From Vulcanimicrobiota bacterium (GTDB lineage Bacteria > Vulcanimicrobiota > Vulcanimicrobiia > Eremiobacterales > Eremiobacteraceae): DNA of 64,000 nt. Location of the stretch: assembly GCA_963812135.1 (NCBI GenBank), contig CAWETU010000001.1, positions 1,184,001 through 1,248,000 of the forward strand. Direction: 5' to 3'. Positions 56,301 through 64,000 of the stretch are shown piece after piece. A program made the translations under genes and the position numbers. Within the stretch, counting starts at the first letter, position 1. Every line of letters begins with the position of its first letter. The notes below the pieces were generated by a model, which was not told the origin of the DNA, did not search any database, and saw only the letters and a program-made list of their open reading frames with translations.

Positions 56301-56375
56301 TGGTGGGCGCGAGAGGTCTCGAACCTCTGACCCCTACAGTGTCAATGTAGTGCTCTACCCCTGAGCTACGCGCCC
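56301..56375 (-). tRNA. tRNA-Val(GAC)
   Basis: GGGCGCGTAGCTCAGGGGTAGAGCACTACATT-GAC-ACTGTAGGGGTCAGAGGTTCGAGACCTCTCGCGCCCACCA; cloverleaf with encoded CCA. Confidence 0.96.
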
Positions 56376-56477
56376 GAGACACGTGCTTTTCTCGCCTACC
56401 GACAAACCGCCCTCCGCGCAACGCCATCTGCTGTGTCGGAAAGGGAGCTCTCACCATGAGGCGCTAACAGGGCTGTC

Positions 56478-57047
56478 TTGGGACTCGTGATATCCGCGGA
56501 ATACTTAACCGCGGCCGCTTCCATTGGAACGTTCATCGTGATCGCCGCAACGGCGATCGCCGCAATCGTGCAGTTGCGTCACATGCGCGCTAACAATCAA
56601 TTGACCGGCTTGCTCAACGTGCTGGCGCGCATTGAAGATCCAACCTTCAACGAATGGGCCGACATGGCACGAGAACAAATCGCCGAAAAGCTATCGGATC
56701 CGACGTATCGGCGTGCGCTCGAAGATGGGTCGTTCCCCCGTCGGAACAACGCCTGGCTCAATCTGTGTAATTCCTACGAGTGGGTCGGCAGTCTCATCAA
56801 ACACGACCTGATCCCGGAGGAACCATTCATGGATGTCTACTCCGCGCGGGTCTTGTCCACGTGGGCCGTGATCGAGGAAGTCGTCGCGATCAGGCGACGC
56901 AGCGGTGACTCGTCGTCATGGGAGAACTTCGAATACCTCGTCGTTCGTGCGCGAGAATGGGAACGTCAGTTTCCCAACGGCTCGTATCCCAAGTCGTCGC
57001 CGCGTTTGCAGCTCAAGGACAAGTGGCTGCCGCACGATCGCAAATAG
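56478..57047 (+). CDS. Membrane-anchored hypothetical protein (DUF4760-like)
   Basis: N-terminal TM helix; NSYEWVGSLIK...WENFEYL. Confidence 0.7.
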   Translation: MGLVISAEYLTAAASIGTFIVIAATAIAAIVQLRHMRANNQLTGLLNVLARIEDPTFNEWADMAREQIAEKLSDPTYRRALEDGSFPRRNNAWLNLCNSYEWVGSLIKHDLIPEEPFMDVYSARVLSTWAVIEEVVAIRRRSGDSSSWENFEYLVVRAREWERQFPNGSYPKSSPRLQLKDKWLPHDRK

Positions 57048-57052
57048 ACGGC

Positions 57053-57634
57053 TCAATCCGAAGCGCTGCTAAGGACCTTCGACACGAATGCCGCGCGTGA
57101 CGGCGCACGCGCCTTCGTCAGCACGCGCTTGATGTGGCTCTCCACAGTATTCTGGCTGACCTGCAAGCGTTCAGCGATCGCCCGATTCCCCAAGCCGTCG
57201 AGAACGAGCTCAGCAACCTCAGATTCGCGGTGCGTCAGTCGATAGGCGGCGAGACTGTGCCGCGGGCGGCGACGGGCGATCGGTTCAAAAGAGATCAGCA
57301 AATAATCGCCGGCCTCGCTCTGCATAAGCTCGCCGCGGCAACACAGATCCGGGGTCACCGCTGAAACGGGCGGCTCCCCCGAGGCGAGCGCTTTGCGTAG
57401 CGCGCGCACATGCCGGCGAAAAATCTCGGGGATGACGGCGAAATCATCAGCGCGTCCAGCTAGCCCGAACTGTTCCCGCATCAGCTCGACCGCGCGCGAG
57501 CTCGCCATCGCAAGGGCGTCATCCGGCGCGATCAACGCCACCTGGAACGCTTGGCGATGCTTCGCGGCCGCAAGCGAGTCCGATCCGTCAAACTCCGAGA
57601 TCTCGACCAGGTCGACAGGCGCGTGCTCGGACAT
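57053..57634 (-). CDS. LuxR C-terminal HTH transcriptional regulator
   Basis: LTHRESEVAELVLDGLGNRAIAERL.VS.NTVESHIKRV. Confidence 0.85.
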   Translation of the reverse strand: MSEHAPVDLVEISEFDGSDSLAAAKHRQAFQVALIAPDDALAMASSRAVELMREQFGLAGRADDFAVIPEIFRRHVRALRKALASGEPPVSAVTPDLCCRGELMQSEAGDYLLISFEPIARRRPRHSLAAYRLTHRESEVAELVLDGLGNRAIAERLQVSQNTVESHIKRVLTKARAPSRAAFVSKVLSSASD

Positions 57635-57715
57635 CTCACTAACTCTTGTACCCAGCGGCCTGCGTCCGGGAACGCCCACGAAGGTCCTTTCGGCCTCGGA
57701 TTGAAGCGGCAATGC

Positions 57716-58324
57716 ATGCGAGCCTTACGCCCCGCATCGGAGTTCACGTTGAGCGAGCTGCGCAAATTGCGTAGCTTGCGCACGCCCGCCGGCGTCCAGA
57801 AGTTCATCAATCAGATGACCTATCATGACGCCGACACGGCCTGGTCGCCGCGGCGCGTGCTGCGCGAGCGCACGGCGCACTGCCTCGAAGGCGCCATCTT
57901 CGCGGCCGCGGCATTGCGCGTGATCGGCTTTCCGCCGCTCGTCCTCGACCTCGAGGCCGAGCACGACACCGACCATGTCATCGCGCCGTTCAAGATCGGT
58001 TCGGCGTGGGGCGCGGTCGCGGCGTCGAACTTCACCGGCGTCAGAGGCCGCGAGCCGGTCTACCGCACGCTACGCGAACTCGCCATGAGCTACTTCAACG
58101 ACTATTTCAATCTGATGGGTGAGCGGTCGCTGCGGCGCTATTCGCGCCCGGTCAACCTCGCGCGGTTCGACAATCTCCATTGGATGACCACTGAGAAATC
58201 GGTCTGGTTCATCGCCGAGCGGCTGGTCGACGTGCCGCACATCAAACTGCTGACGCCGCCGATGATCAAGCGGCTGACGAGGGTGGACAAGCGCGGCGTC
58301 GGCGCCGGCATCTTCGGGCGCTGA
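57716..58324 (+). CDS. Conserved hypothetical protein, transglutaminase-like Cys/His motifs
   Basis: SPRRVLR..AHCLEGAIFAAAAL..DHVIA..WGAVA.SNF..REPVYRTLRELAMSY. Confidence 0.75.
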   Translation: MRALRPASEFTLSELRKLRSLRTPAGVQKFINQMTYHDADTAWSPRRVLRERTAHCLEGAIFAAAALRVIGFPPLVLDLEAEHDTDHVIAPFKIGSAWGAVAASNFTGVRGREPVYRTLRELAMSYFNDYFNLMGERSLRRYSRPVNLARFDNLHWMTTEKSVWFIAERLVDVPHIKLLTPPMIKRLTRVDKRGVGAGIFGR

Positions 58325-58367
58325 CCCGCAAAGAGGACCGTGCTCGAGCGACGGGCTAACACAAGGC

Positions 58368-59129
58368 ATGGCTGAAAACGGCACACCGCTGTTGTCGACC
58401 CGTGGTCTGGTCAAAGAGTTCGCGGGCTTTCGAGCGGTCGACGGCGTCGATCTGCGCGTGCCCGAAGGCCAGACACTGGCCATCATCGGCCCCAACGGCG
58501 CCGGCAAGACGACGCTTTTCAATCTACTCTCGGGCTTCATGCTGCCCACCGCCGGCCACATCGAGTTCCGCGGCCAGGATATCACCAAGCTCGATGCGGC
58601 GAGCGTCGCGCGACTCGGCATCGTGCGCAGCTTCCAGATCAGCAGCATCTTCGCGCATCTGACCGTGCGCGACAACGTCAAGGTGGCGCTGCTCGCCAAA
58701 CACCCCGCCGCTCAACGCTTCTGGGTCCCGGGCTCGACGATCGACGAACTCGATGCACCCGCTGATGCGCTGCTCGCACAGCTGCGCCTCACGGACGAAG
58801 CTTCGCGGCTCGCCGCCGTGCTGCCGTACGGCAAGAAACGCGCGCTCGAACTCGCGATCACGCTCGCGCTCGACCCCGTGCTGCTGCTCTTGGACGAACC
58901 GACGAGCGGGCTCGGCACTGAAGACGTCGACCCGATCATCGAGCTGGTCATCGGCGCATCGCGCGGACGGACCGTGGTGCTGGTCGAGCACAACATGAAC
59001 GTCGTCGAACGACTCGCGCAACGCGTCGTCGTCCTCCAGTACGGCAAGATCATCTGCGAAGGCCCGTATGCGACCGTCCACGAGGAGCCGCGCGTGGTGG
59101 AGGCTTACCTCGGTGGCATCGATGCTTGA
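58368..59129 (+). CDS. livG: Branched-chain amino-acid-type ABC transporter ATPase
   Basis: GPNGAGKT, RSFQ, LPYGKKRALE, LLDEP, VVEAYLG. Confidence 0.88.
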   Translation: MAENGTPLLSTRGLVKEFAGFRAVDGVDLRVPEGQTLAIIGPNGAGKTTLFNLLSGFMLPTAGHIEFRGQDITKLDAASVARLGIVRSFQISSIFAHLTVRDNVKVALLAKHPAAQRFWVPGSTIDELDAPADALLAQLRLTDEASRLAAVLPYGKKRALELAITLALDPVLLLLDEPTSGLGTEDVDPIIELVIGASRGRTVVLVEHNMNVVERLAQRVVVLQYGKIICEGPYATVHEEPRVVEAYLGGIDA

Positions 59130-59814
59130 GATCCGCGATCTCAACGCGTGGTACGACGAGAGCCATGTGCTTCACGGCGTGAGCCTCTCGGTGAAGCGCG
59201 GCGAAGTCGTGACGCTGGTCGGGCGCAACGGTGCCGGCAAGACGACCACGCTGAAGTCGATCATCGGGATCATCAATAAGAAGAAGGGCGAGATCGAGTT
59301 CGACGGCTCCCCGATCCAAGGCATGCAATCGCACCGGATCGCCCGGCGAGGCATCGCGCTGGTACCCGAGGATCGCGGGATCTACGCCCAGCTCTCGGTC
59401 CTGGAGAACCTCATGATGCCGCCGGTCGTGCGGCCCACTACTTGGACGGTCGAGCGTGTCTTCACCCTGTTCCCGCGGTTGCGCGAGCGCCAGCGCGCTC
59501 CCGGCACCACGCTCTCCGGCGGGGAACAACAGATGTTGGCCATCGCCCGCGCCCTGCGGACCGGAGCGCAGCTCTTGCTGCTCGATGAGCCGACCGAGGG
59601 CTTGGCGCCCTCCATCGTAAAGGCCATTCGCGACCTGATTCTCGAAATCAAGCGCGACGGGATCACCGTGCTCCTGGTGTCGCAAAACGTGCGTTTCGCT
59701 ACCAAGGTCTCGGATCGTCATTACTTGATGGTCAATGGGAAGATCGTGGAGTCGCTCGCGAACGCGCAGGTCATCGACCGGGAGCATGAGCTCTTGGACT
59801 ACCTCGGCGTCTGA
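59122..59814 (+). CDS. livF: Branched-chain amino-acid-type ABC transporter ATPase
   Basis: GRNGAGKT, VPEDRGI, LSGGEQQMLAIAR, DEPTEGLAP. Confidence 0.9.
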   Translation: MLEIRDLNAWYDESHVLHGVSLSVKRGEVVTLVGRNGAGKTTTLKSIIGIINKKKGEIEFDGSPIQGMQSHRIARRGIALVPEDRGIYAQLSVLENLMMPPVVRPTTWTVERVFTLFPRLRERQRAPGTTLSGGEQQMLAIARALRTGAQLLLLDEPTEGLAPSIVKAIRDLILEIKRDGITVLLVSQNVRFATKVSDRHYLMVNGKIVESLANAQVIDREHELLDYLGV

Positions 59815-59835
59815 TATGATGGGGATTGAAACGAG

Positions 59836-61053
59836 ATGAGACAGCACATCCGAGCCTTATGTTTTGCCGCCGGCGCAGTGGCGCTGGGGCTCATGCTCCA
59901 GCTTGGCACGCCTGCACCGGCGAGTGCGGAGAATCCGATCTTCATCGCGGTGTTGAACGACCAATCCAAGATCTACACCGATCTCTCGGGCCAGGGAACG
60001 GTTTCCGCGGTGCGCATGGCGGTGCAAGACTACGGCGGCGCGGTGCTCGGCCGCGAGATCAAAGTCCTGTCGGTCGACCACCAAAATGATCCGGCGCTCG
60101 GTTCGACCAAAGCGCACGAGCTTTACGAACAAGACCACGTCGATGCGATCTTCGACGTGCCCACCTCGTCGGTCGCGCTCGCCGTCGCCGGCGTCGCGGC
60201 ACAGGACCACAAGGTCTTGTTCGTCACGACCGGCGGCACGGACGCGCTCAACATGGCGCAGTGCAACAAATACACGTTCCACTACGGCTACGACACCTAC
60301 GCGCTGGCGCAGAATACGGGCCGGATCATCACGGAGAACGGCGGCAAGCACTGGTACATGCTCACCGCCAACTACGCGTTCGGCCAGTCGATGCTGTCAA
60401 ATTTCACGGCGGCCATCAAGTCCGCCGGCGGCGACGTGATCCATAACGATTTCGTGCCGTTCCCGAACACGGACTTCTCATCGTACCTCATCAATGCGCA
60501 GTCGATGCGACCGGATGTCATCGGGCTGATGAACGCCGGCGATGATACGGTCAACGCGATGAAGCAGATCAACGAGTTCGGCATAAAGAAACGCACGCAG
60601 ATCGGCATCGGCCTGTTGTTCGAGAGCGATATCGCTGCGCTCGGCCCTGATTATTGGTCGGGTAGCACGATCACCGTCGGTTCGTATTGGAACCTTGACG
60701 ACAAGACGCGTGCGTGGGCCGCGCGCTACAAGAAACGTACCGGTAAGATGCCGACCTGGGTCATGCTCGGCAATTATTCAGCGGTGACGCAGTATCTCGA
60801 CGCCGTCGCGCGCGCCAAGACCGACGATGCCGACGCGGTGATCAAGCAGCTCGAAGGGTATCACTTCGAAGACGTCTTCGCGCGGCATGCGTACATCCGT
60901 GCCCAGGACCATCTGTTGATCCACGACATGTACGTCGCCAAGATCAAGCCGGCCTCGGAGGTCAAAGAGCCGTACGACTTCCTACAGATCGTCAAGACGG
61001 TACCCGGCGATCAATCGTATCGGCCGCTGTCGCAATCGACGTGCCATCTGTGA
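59836..61053 (+). CDS. ABC transporter substrate-binding protein (LIV/HAAT family)
   Basis: LNDQS..Y.DLSG.G, DHQND, DVPTSSVALAV, TDFSSYL. Confidence 0.88.
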   Translation: MRQHIRALCFAAGAVALGLMLQLGTPAPASAENPIFIAVLNDQSKIYTDLSGQGTVSAVRMAVQDYGGAVLGREIKVLSVDHQNDPALGSTKAHELYEQDHVDAIFDVPTSSVALAVAGVAAQDHKVLFVTTGGTDALNMAQCNKYTFHYGYDTYALAQNTGRIITENGGKHWYMLTANYAFGQSMLSNFTAAIKSAGGDVIHNDFVPFPNTDFSSYLINAQSMRPDVIGLMNAGDDTVNAMKQINEFGIKKRTQIGIGLLFESDIAALGPDYWSGSTITVGSYWNLDDKTRAWAARYKKRTGKMPTWVMLGNYSAVTQYLDAVARAKTDDADAVIKQLEGYHFEDVFARHAYIRAQDHLLIHDMYVAKIKPASEVKEPYDFLQIVKTVPGDQSYRPLSQSTCHL

Positions 61054-61094
61054 CGGTCGAATAAATTCGACGGTCGAGTAAACTCGACCGCTAT
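61054..61094 (-). repeat. REP-like palindromes (one degenerate, one full copy)
   Basis: CGGTCGAATAAATTCGAC then CGGTCGAGTAAACTCGACCGCTAT; matches 15611-15634. Confidence 0.7.
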
Positions 61095-61105
61095 ATTAGG
61101 CGGGT

Positions 61106-61987
61106 ATGGAGCTTAGCTACCTCGCGCTGCAGATCTTCAACGGGCTGGTCAGCGGCGCGTACTACGCGCTGCTGAGTCTAGGCCTAGCGATCATCTTCGG
61201 GATGATGCGCATCGTCAACTTCGCGCACGGCGCGATGTACATGCTGGGCGCGTTCGGCGCCTATCTCGCCGCCAAGTACCTGGGCCTGCCGTTCTGGTGG
61301 GCCCTCGTGCTTGCACCCCTGGCGGTCGGCGCGCTCGGCATGCTGTTCGAGCGCTCCCTCATCCGGCGGCTCATGCCGCTCGATCCCCTCTACAATCTGT
61401 TGCTCACGTTCGGTCTCGCGCTGGTCATCGAAGACTTCATGAAGCTGTTCTTCGGTACGCAGGGCACGCCGTACGCGATACCCGCCAGCCTCACCGGAAT
61501 GGTCGATTTCGGCATCATCGGCTATCCCAAGTACAGGCTGGTGGTCATCGCCATCTCGGCGCTGGTTTGCGTGGTCGTCTGGATCGCGATCGAGAAGACG
61601 CCGCTCGGTGCGAAGATCCGCGCGGCGACGGAGAATCCGAGCTTGACGCAAGCGTTCGGCATCGACGTCTCGCTGCTGACGACGCTCGTGTTCGGCTTCG
61701 GCGTCGCCCTCGCCGCGCTCGCGGGCGTGCTCGCCGCGCCGACGACCAACGTCACGCCGCTCATGGGCTCGGACATCATCATCACGACATTCGCGGTGGT
61801 GGTCATCGGCGGCATGGGGTCCATCAAGGGGTCGATCCTGACCGGGTTCATCGTCGGCATCGTCGCCGCGCTTGGCGCCGTGCTCTATCCGCCGATCGCC
61901 AACACGCTGATCTTCCTGATCATGGCGTTGATCCTGCTGGTCCGGCCCGCCGGTTTGTTCGGCGCACCTGAGACGGGCGCACGGTGA
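61106..61987 (+). CDS. livH: Branched-chain amino-acid ABC permease
   Basis: LSLGLAIIFG..IVNFAHG; FAVVVIGGMGS. Confidence 0.9.
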   Translation: MELSYLALQIFNGLVSGAYYALLSLGLAIIFGMMRIVNFAHGAMYMLGAFGAYLAAKYLGLPFWWALVLAPLAVGALGMLFERSLIRRLMPLDPLYNLLLTFGLALVIEDFMKLFFGTQGTPYAIPASLTGMVDFGIIGYPKYRLVVIAISALVCVVVWIAIEKTPLGAKIRAATENPSLTQAFGIDVSLLTTLVFGFGVALAALAGVLAAPTTNVTPLMGSDIIITTFAVVVIGGMGSIKGSILTGFIVGIVAALGAVLYPPIANTLIFLIMALILLVRPAGLFGAPETGAR

Positions 61988-62967
61988 TCGCCCGCGTCGC
62001 CGGCGCGCCGGGGCGCACCGCGCTTTGGCTCAGCCTGGCCGCGATCGCCGCCGGCTTCATCCTGCCGCACGTCGTCTACATCGGTTTGGCAACCGACATC
62101 GTCATCTGGGCGCTCTTCGCGGCAGCCTTTGATCTGCTGCTCGGTTACGCCGGCTTGCTGTCGTTCGGACACGCGATGTTCTTCGGCGGCGCGTCATACG
62201 TCGCGGGTCTGCTGATCTTGCGCTCGCACTGGTCGTTTATCCCGGCGGTGCTTGCGGCGGTCGCCAGTGCGGCGCTGCTCGCCGCGGTCGTCGGATTGGT
62301 CTCCATCCGCCGTCAAGGCATCTATTTCGCGATGATCACGCTCGCCTTCGGTCAGATGATGTACTTCCTCGCAAACCAGTTGGGAGATCTCACGGGCGGT
62401 CAGGACGGTCTGCAGAACGTCCCTCGCCCGGCGCTGCTCGGCTCTGTCCGGCTCGACGATGACCGCGTGCTGTACTATCTGACGCTCGCGCTGGCGGTGG
62501 TCGCGATCGCGTGCATGCTGCGCGTCGTCAATTCGCCGTTCGGCCGGGTCCTGGGCGCCATCCGAGAAAACGAACAGCGCGCCACCAGCCTCGGGTATCG
62601 GACCAACGTCTATAAGTTCGTCGCTTTCGTGATCTCCGCCGCGTTGTCGGGATTGGCAGGCGCGCTGTTCGTCATCGCGCATCGCTTCACGTCGCTTGAC
62701 ACGCTCGATTGGCATACATCGGGTGAGGTCGTGATCATGACCGTGCTCGGCGGCATGGGGACGATCTTCGGGCCGCTGTTCGGCGCTCCGTTCTATCTCA
62801 TCATCAACGACAAGCTCTCGACGCTGACCACGTCGCCTGGGCTCGTGCTCGGTATTATCTTCATAATCGTGGTCAGCGTGTTCCGCCGCGGCATCGTAGG
62901 TGAGGTGCTTCGAATGCTCCAACGCTCAAAAACCGAGCCTACGCAGCGTCCCTTGCCGCAGCACTAA
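61984..62967 (+). CDS. livM: Branched-chain amino-acid ABC permease
   Basis: LLGYAGLLSFGHA; GIYFAMITLA; TGGQDG; SPFGR.L.AIRENE. Confidence 0.9.
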   Translation: MIARVAGAPGRTALWLSLAAIAAGFILPHVVYIGLATDIVIWALFAAAFDLLLGYAGLLSFGHAMFFGGASYVAGLLILRSHWSFIPAVLAAVASAALLAAVVGLVSIRRQGIYFAMITLAFGQMMYFLANQLGDLTGGQDGLQNVPRPALLGSVRLDDDRVLYYLTLALAVVAIACMLRVVNSPFGRVLGAIRENEQRATSLGYRTNVYKFVAFVISAALSGLAGALFVIAHRFTSLDTLDWHTSGEVVIMTVLGGMGTIFGPLFGAPFYLIINDKLSTLTTSPGLVLGIIFIIVVSVFRRGIVGEVLRMLQRSKTEPTQRPLPQH

Positions 62968-63029
62968 GGCCAACCGTAGAAAAGCCTGGGAAAGAAAGCG
63001 CGGCCGGATGCGGAAGAAGCATCCCATCC

Positions 63030-64000
63030 ATGCAGGCCCATAACCGCCTCCTCACGCGCATCCTCGCCGTGACGCTGCTCGCAACGCTCGCCGTCCAGTC
63101 CGGCGCTCTGCCGGCGCTGGCCATGAGCACGCAGACCGAGATCGCCCAAGGCACCACGGAAAACGCGGAGATCGACGCCAGCAGCGTCGTGATCAGCGAC
63201 CCGTTTCTCGTGAGCTGGACGAATCAGATCGGCGCGAAGCTCGCCGCGCACCGCAAGCGGCAAGACATCACGTATCGCTTCACCGTGCTCGACGACCCGA
63301 GCATCAACGCGTTCGCGATCAAGGGCGGCTATGTCCACGTCAACGTCGGGCTGCTGAACTTCGCCTCATCGGACGACGAGTTGGCGAGCGTCATGGGTCA
63401 CGAGATGGGGCACGTCGAGATGCGCCACGTCGTCAAGTCGTCGAACATCAACACCGTGATCGGCATCTTGACCGCAATCGTCTCGATCCTCTCGCCGGTC
63501 GCATCGGTGCTCGGTGCGCTCGGCGGCGAACTCGCGAACGACAAGTACAGCCGCACCGACGAGCTGCAAGCCGACCACTACGGCCTGTCGCTGATGTCCC
63601 AAGCGGGATACGATCCCAACGCGATGATCGACATGATGACCAAACTCGGGCAAATGGACCCCGGCCCTGATTCGCGCGCGGACAAAGCGTTCTTGGACCA
63701 CCCGAACCCGAGCGATCGCGTCGCCCATCTGCTCGGCTACCCTGAGCTCGACAAGCCGACGAGCCAGTCGCTGTTCGCTGACGTGATCCACAATCAGACA
63801 GAAGGCCGCTACAGCTATGCGCGCGCCGAGCTCACGTCGCTCTCCACGGCGCAAGATCCGCAGATCGACGCGCACGTCGTCCAGCTGAACTATGCGCTGC
63901 GCGAGTCCGGCCCGAAAGCCGCGCCCGACGGGCGCGTGTTCGTCACCGTCGTCGAACGCAACGACCCCGCGCGCGTATCAGCGGTCAAAGCGATCACGGC
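63030..64000 (+). CDS. M48 family metallopeptidase (runs off window)
   Basis: Signal peptide; INAFAIKGGY..V.VGLL..DDELASVMGHEMGH; ELQADHYG; HP. Confidence 0.88.
   Translation, partial: MQAHNRLLTRILAVTLLATLAVQSGALPALAMSTQTEIAQGTTENAEIDASSVVISDPFLVSWTNQIGAKLAAHRKRQDITYRFTVLDDPSINAFAIKGGYVHVNVGLLNFASSDDELASVMGHEMGHVEMRHVVKSSNINTVIGILTAIVSILSPVASVLGALGGELANDKYSRTDELQADHYGLSLMSQAGYDPNAMIDMMTKLGQMDPGPDSRADKAFLDHPNPSDRVAHLLGYPELDKPTSQSLFADVIHNQTEGRYSYARAELTSLSTAQDPQIDAHVVQLNYALRESGPKAAPDGRVFVTVVERNDPARVSAVKAIT

Larger units (their letters stand above)
53377..56345. mobile_element. About 2.9-kb integrase-less genomic islet at tRNA-Val(GAC)
   Basis: 45-bp direct repeats at both ends; tandem TTGGTCAGCA pairs inside each end; single cargo gene. 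Confidence 0.8.

Overview
GC-rich bacterial chromosomal window. The gene styles (CarboxypepD-headed, Cys-rich TonB receptor; NHL-repeat proteins; Gram-positive-type SOS box in a diderm) suggest a Terrabacteria diderm such as Ca. Eremiobacterota/Vulcanimicrobiota, but this is inference only. The left end holds housekeeping genes (pyk 3' end, GNAT, tsaD, thrS) interleaved with a five-gene DUF11/Ig-like surface locus (2.2-15.6 kb). In that locus the N-terminal strands and truncated C-terminal domains look complementary, suggesting an undescribed donor-strand, isopeptide-crosslinked fibre with its own outer-membrane platform. Next is a Ku - selenocysteine peroxiredoxin - NHL operon with SOS-like boxes. 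From about 18.5 to 56 kb lies an accessory region rich in secreted proteins. It includes a five-member domain-shuffled family, a BTAD/STAND regulator with matching heptamer-repeat promoters, two AraC paralogs, a GH10 xylanase, a TonB receptor and amt. It ends in a 2.9-kb integrase-less mini-island at tRNA-Val(GAC). The right end carries a LIV-type ABC transporter and an M48 peptidase. All calls come from reading motifs by eye; no database searches were run.
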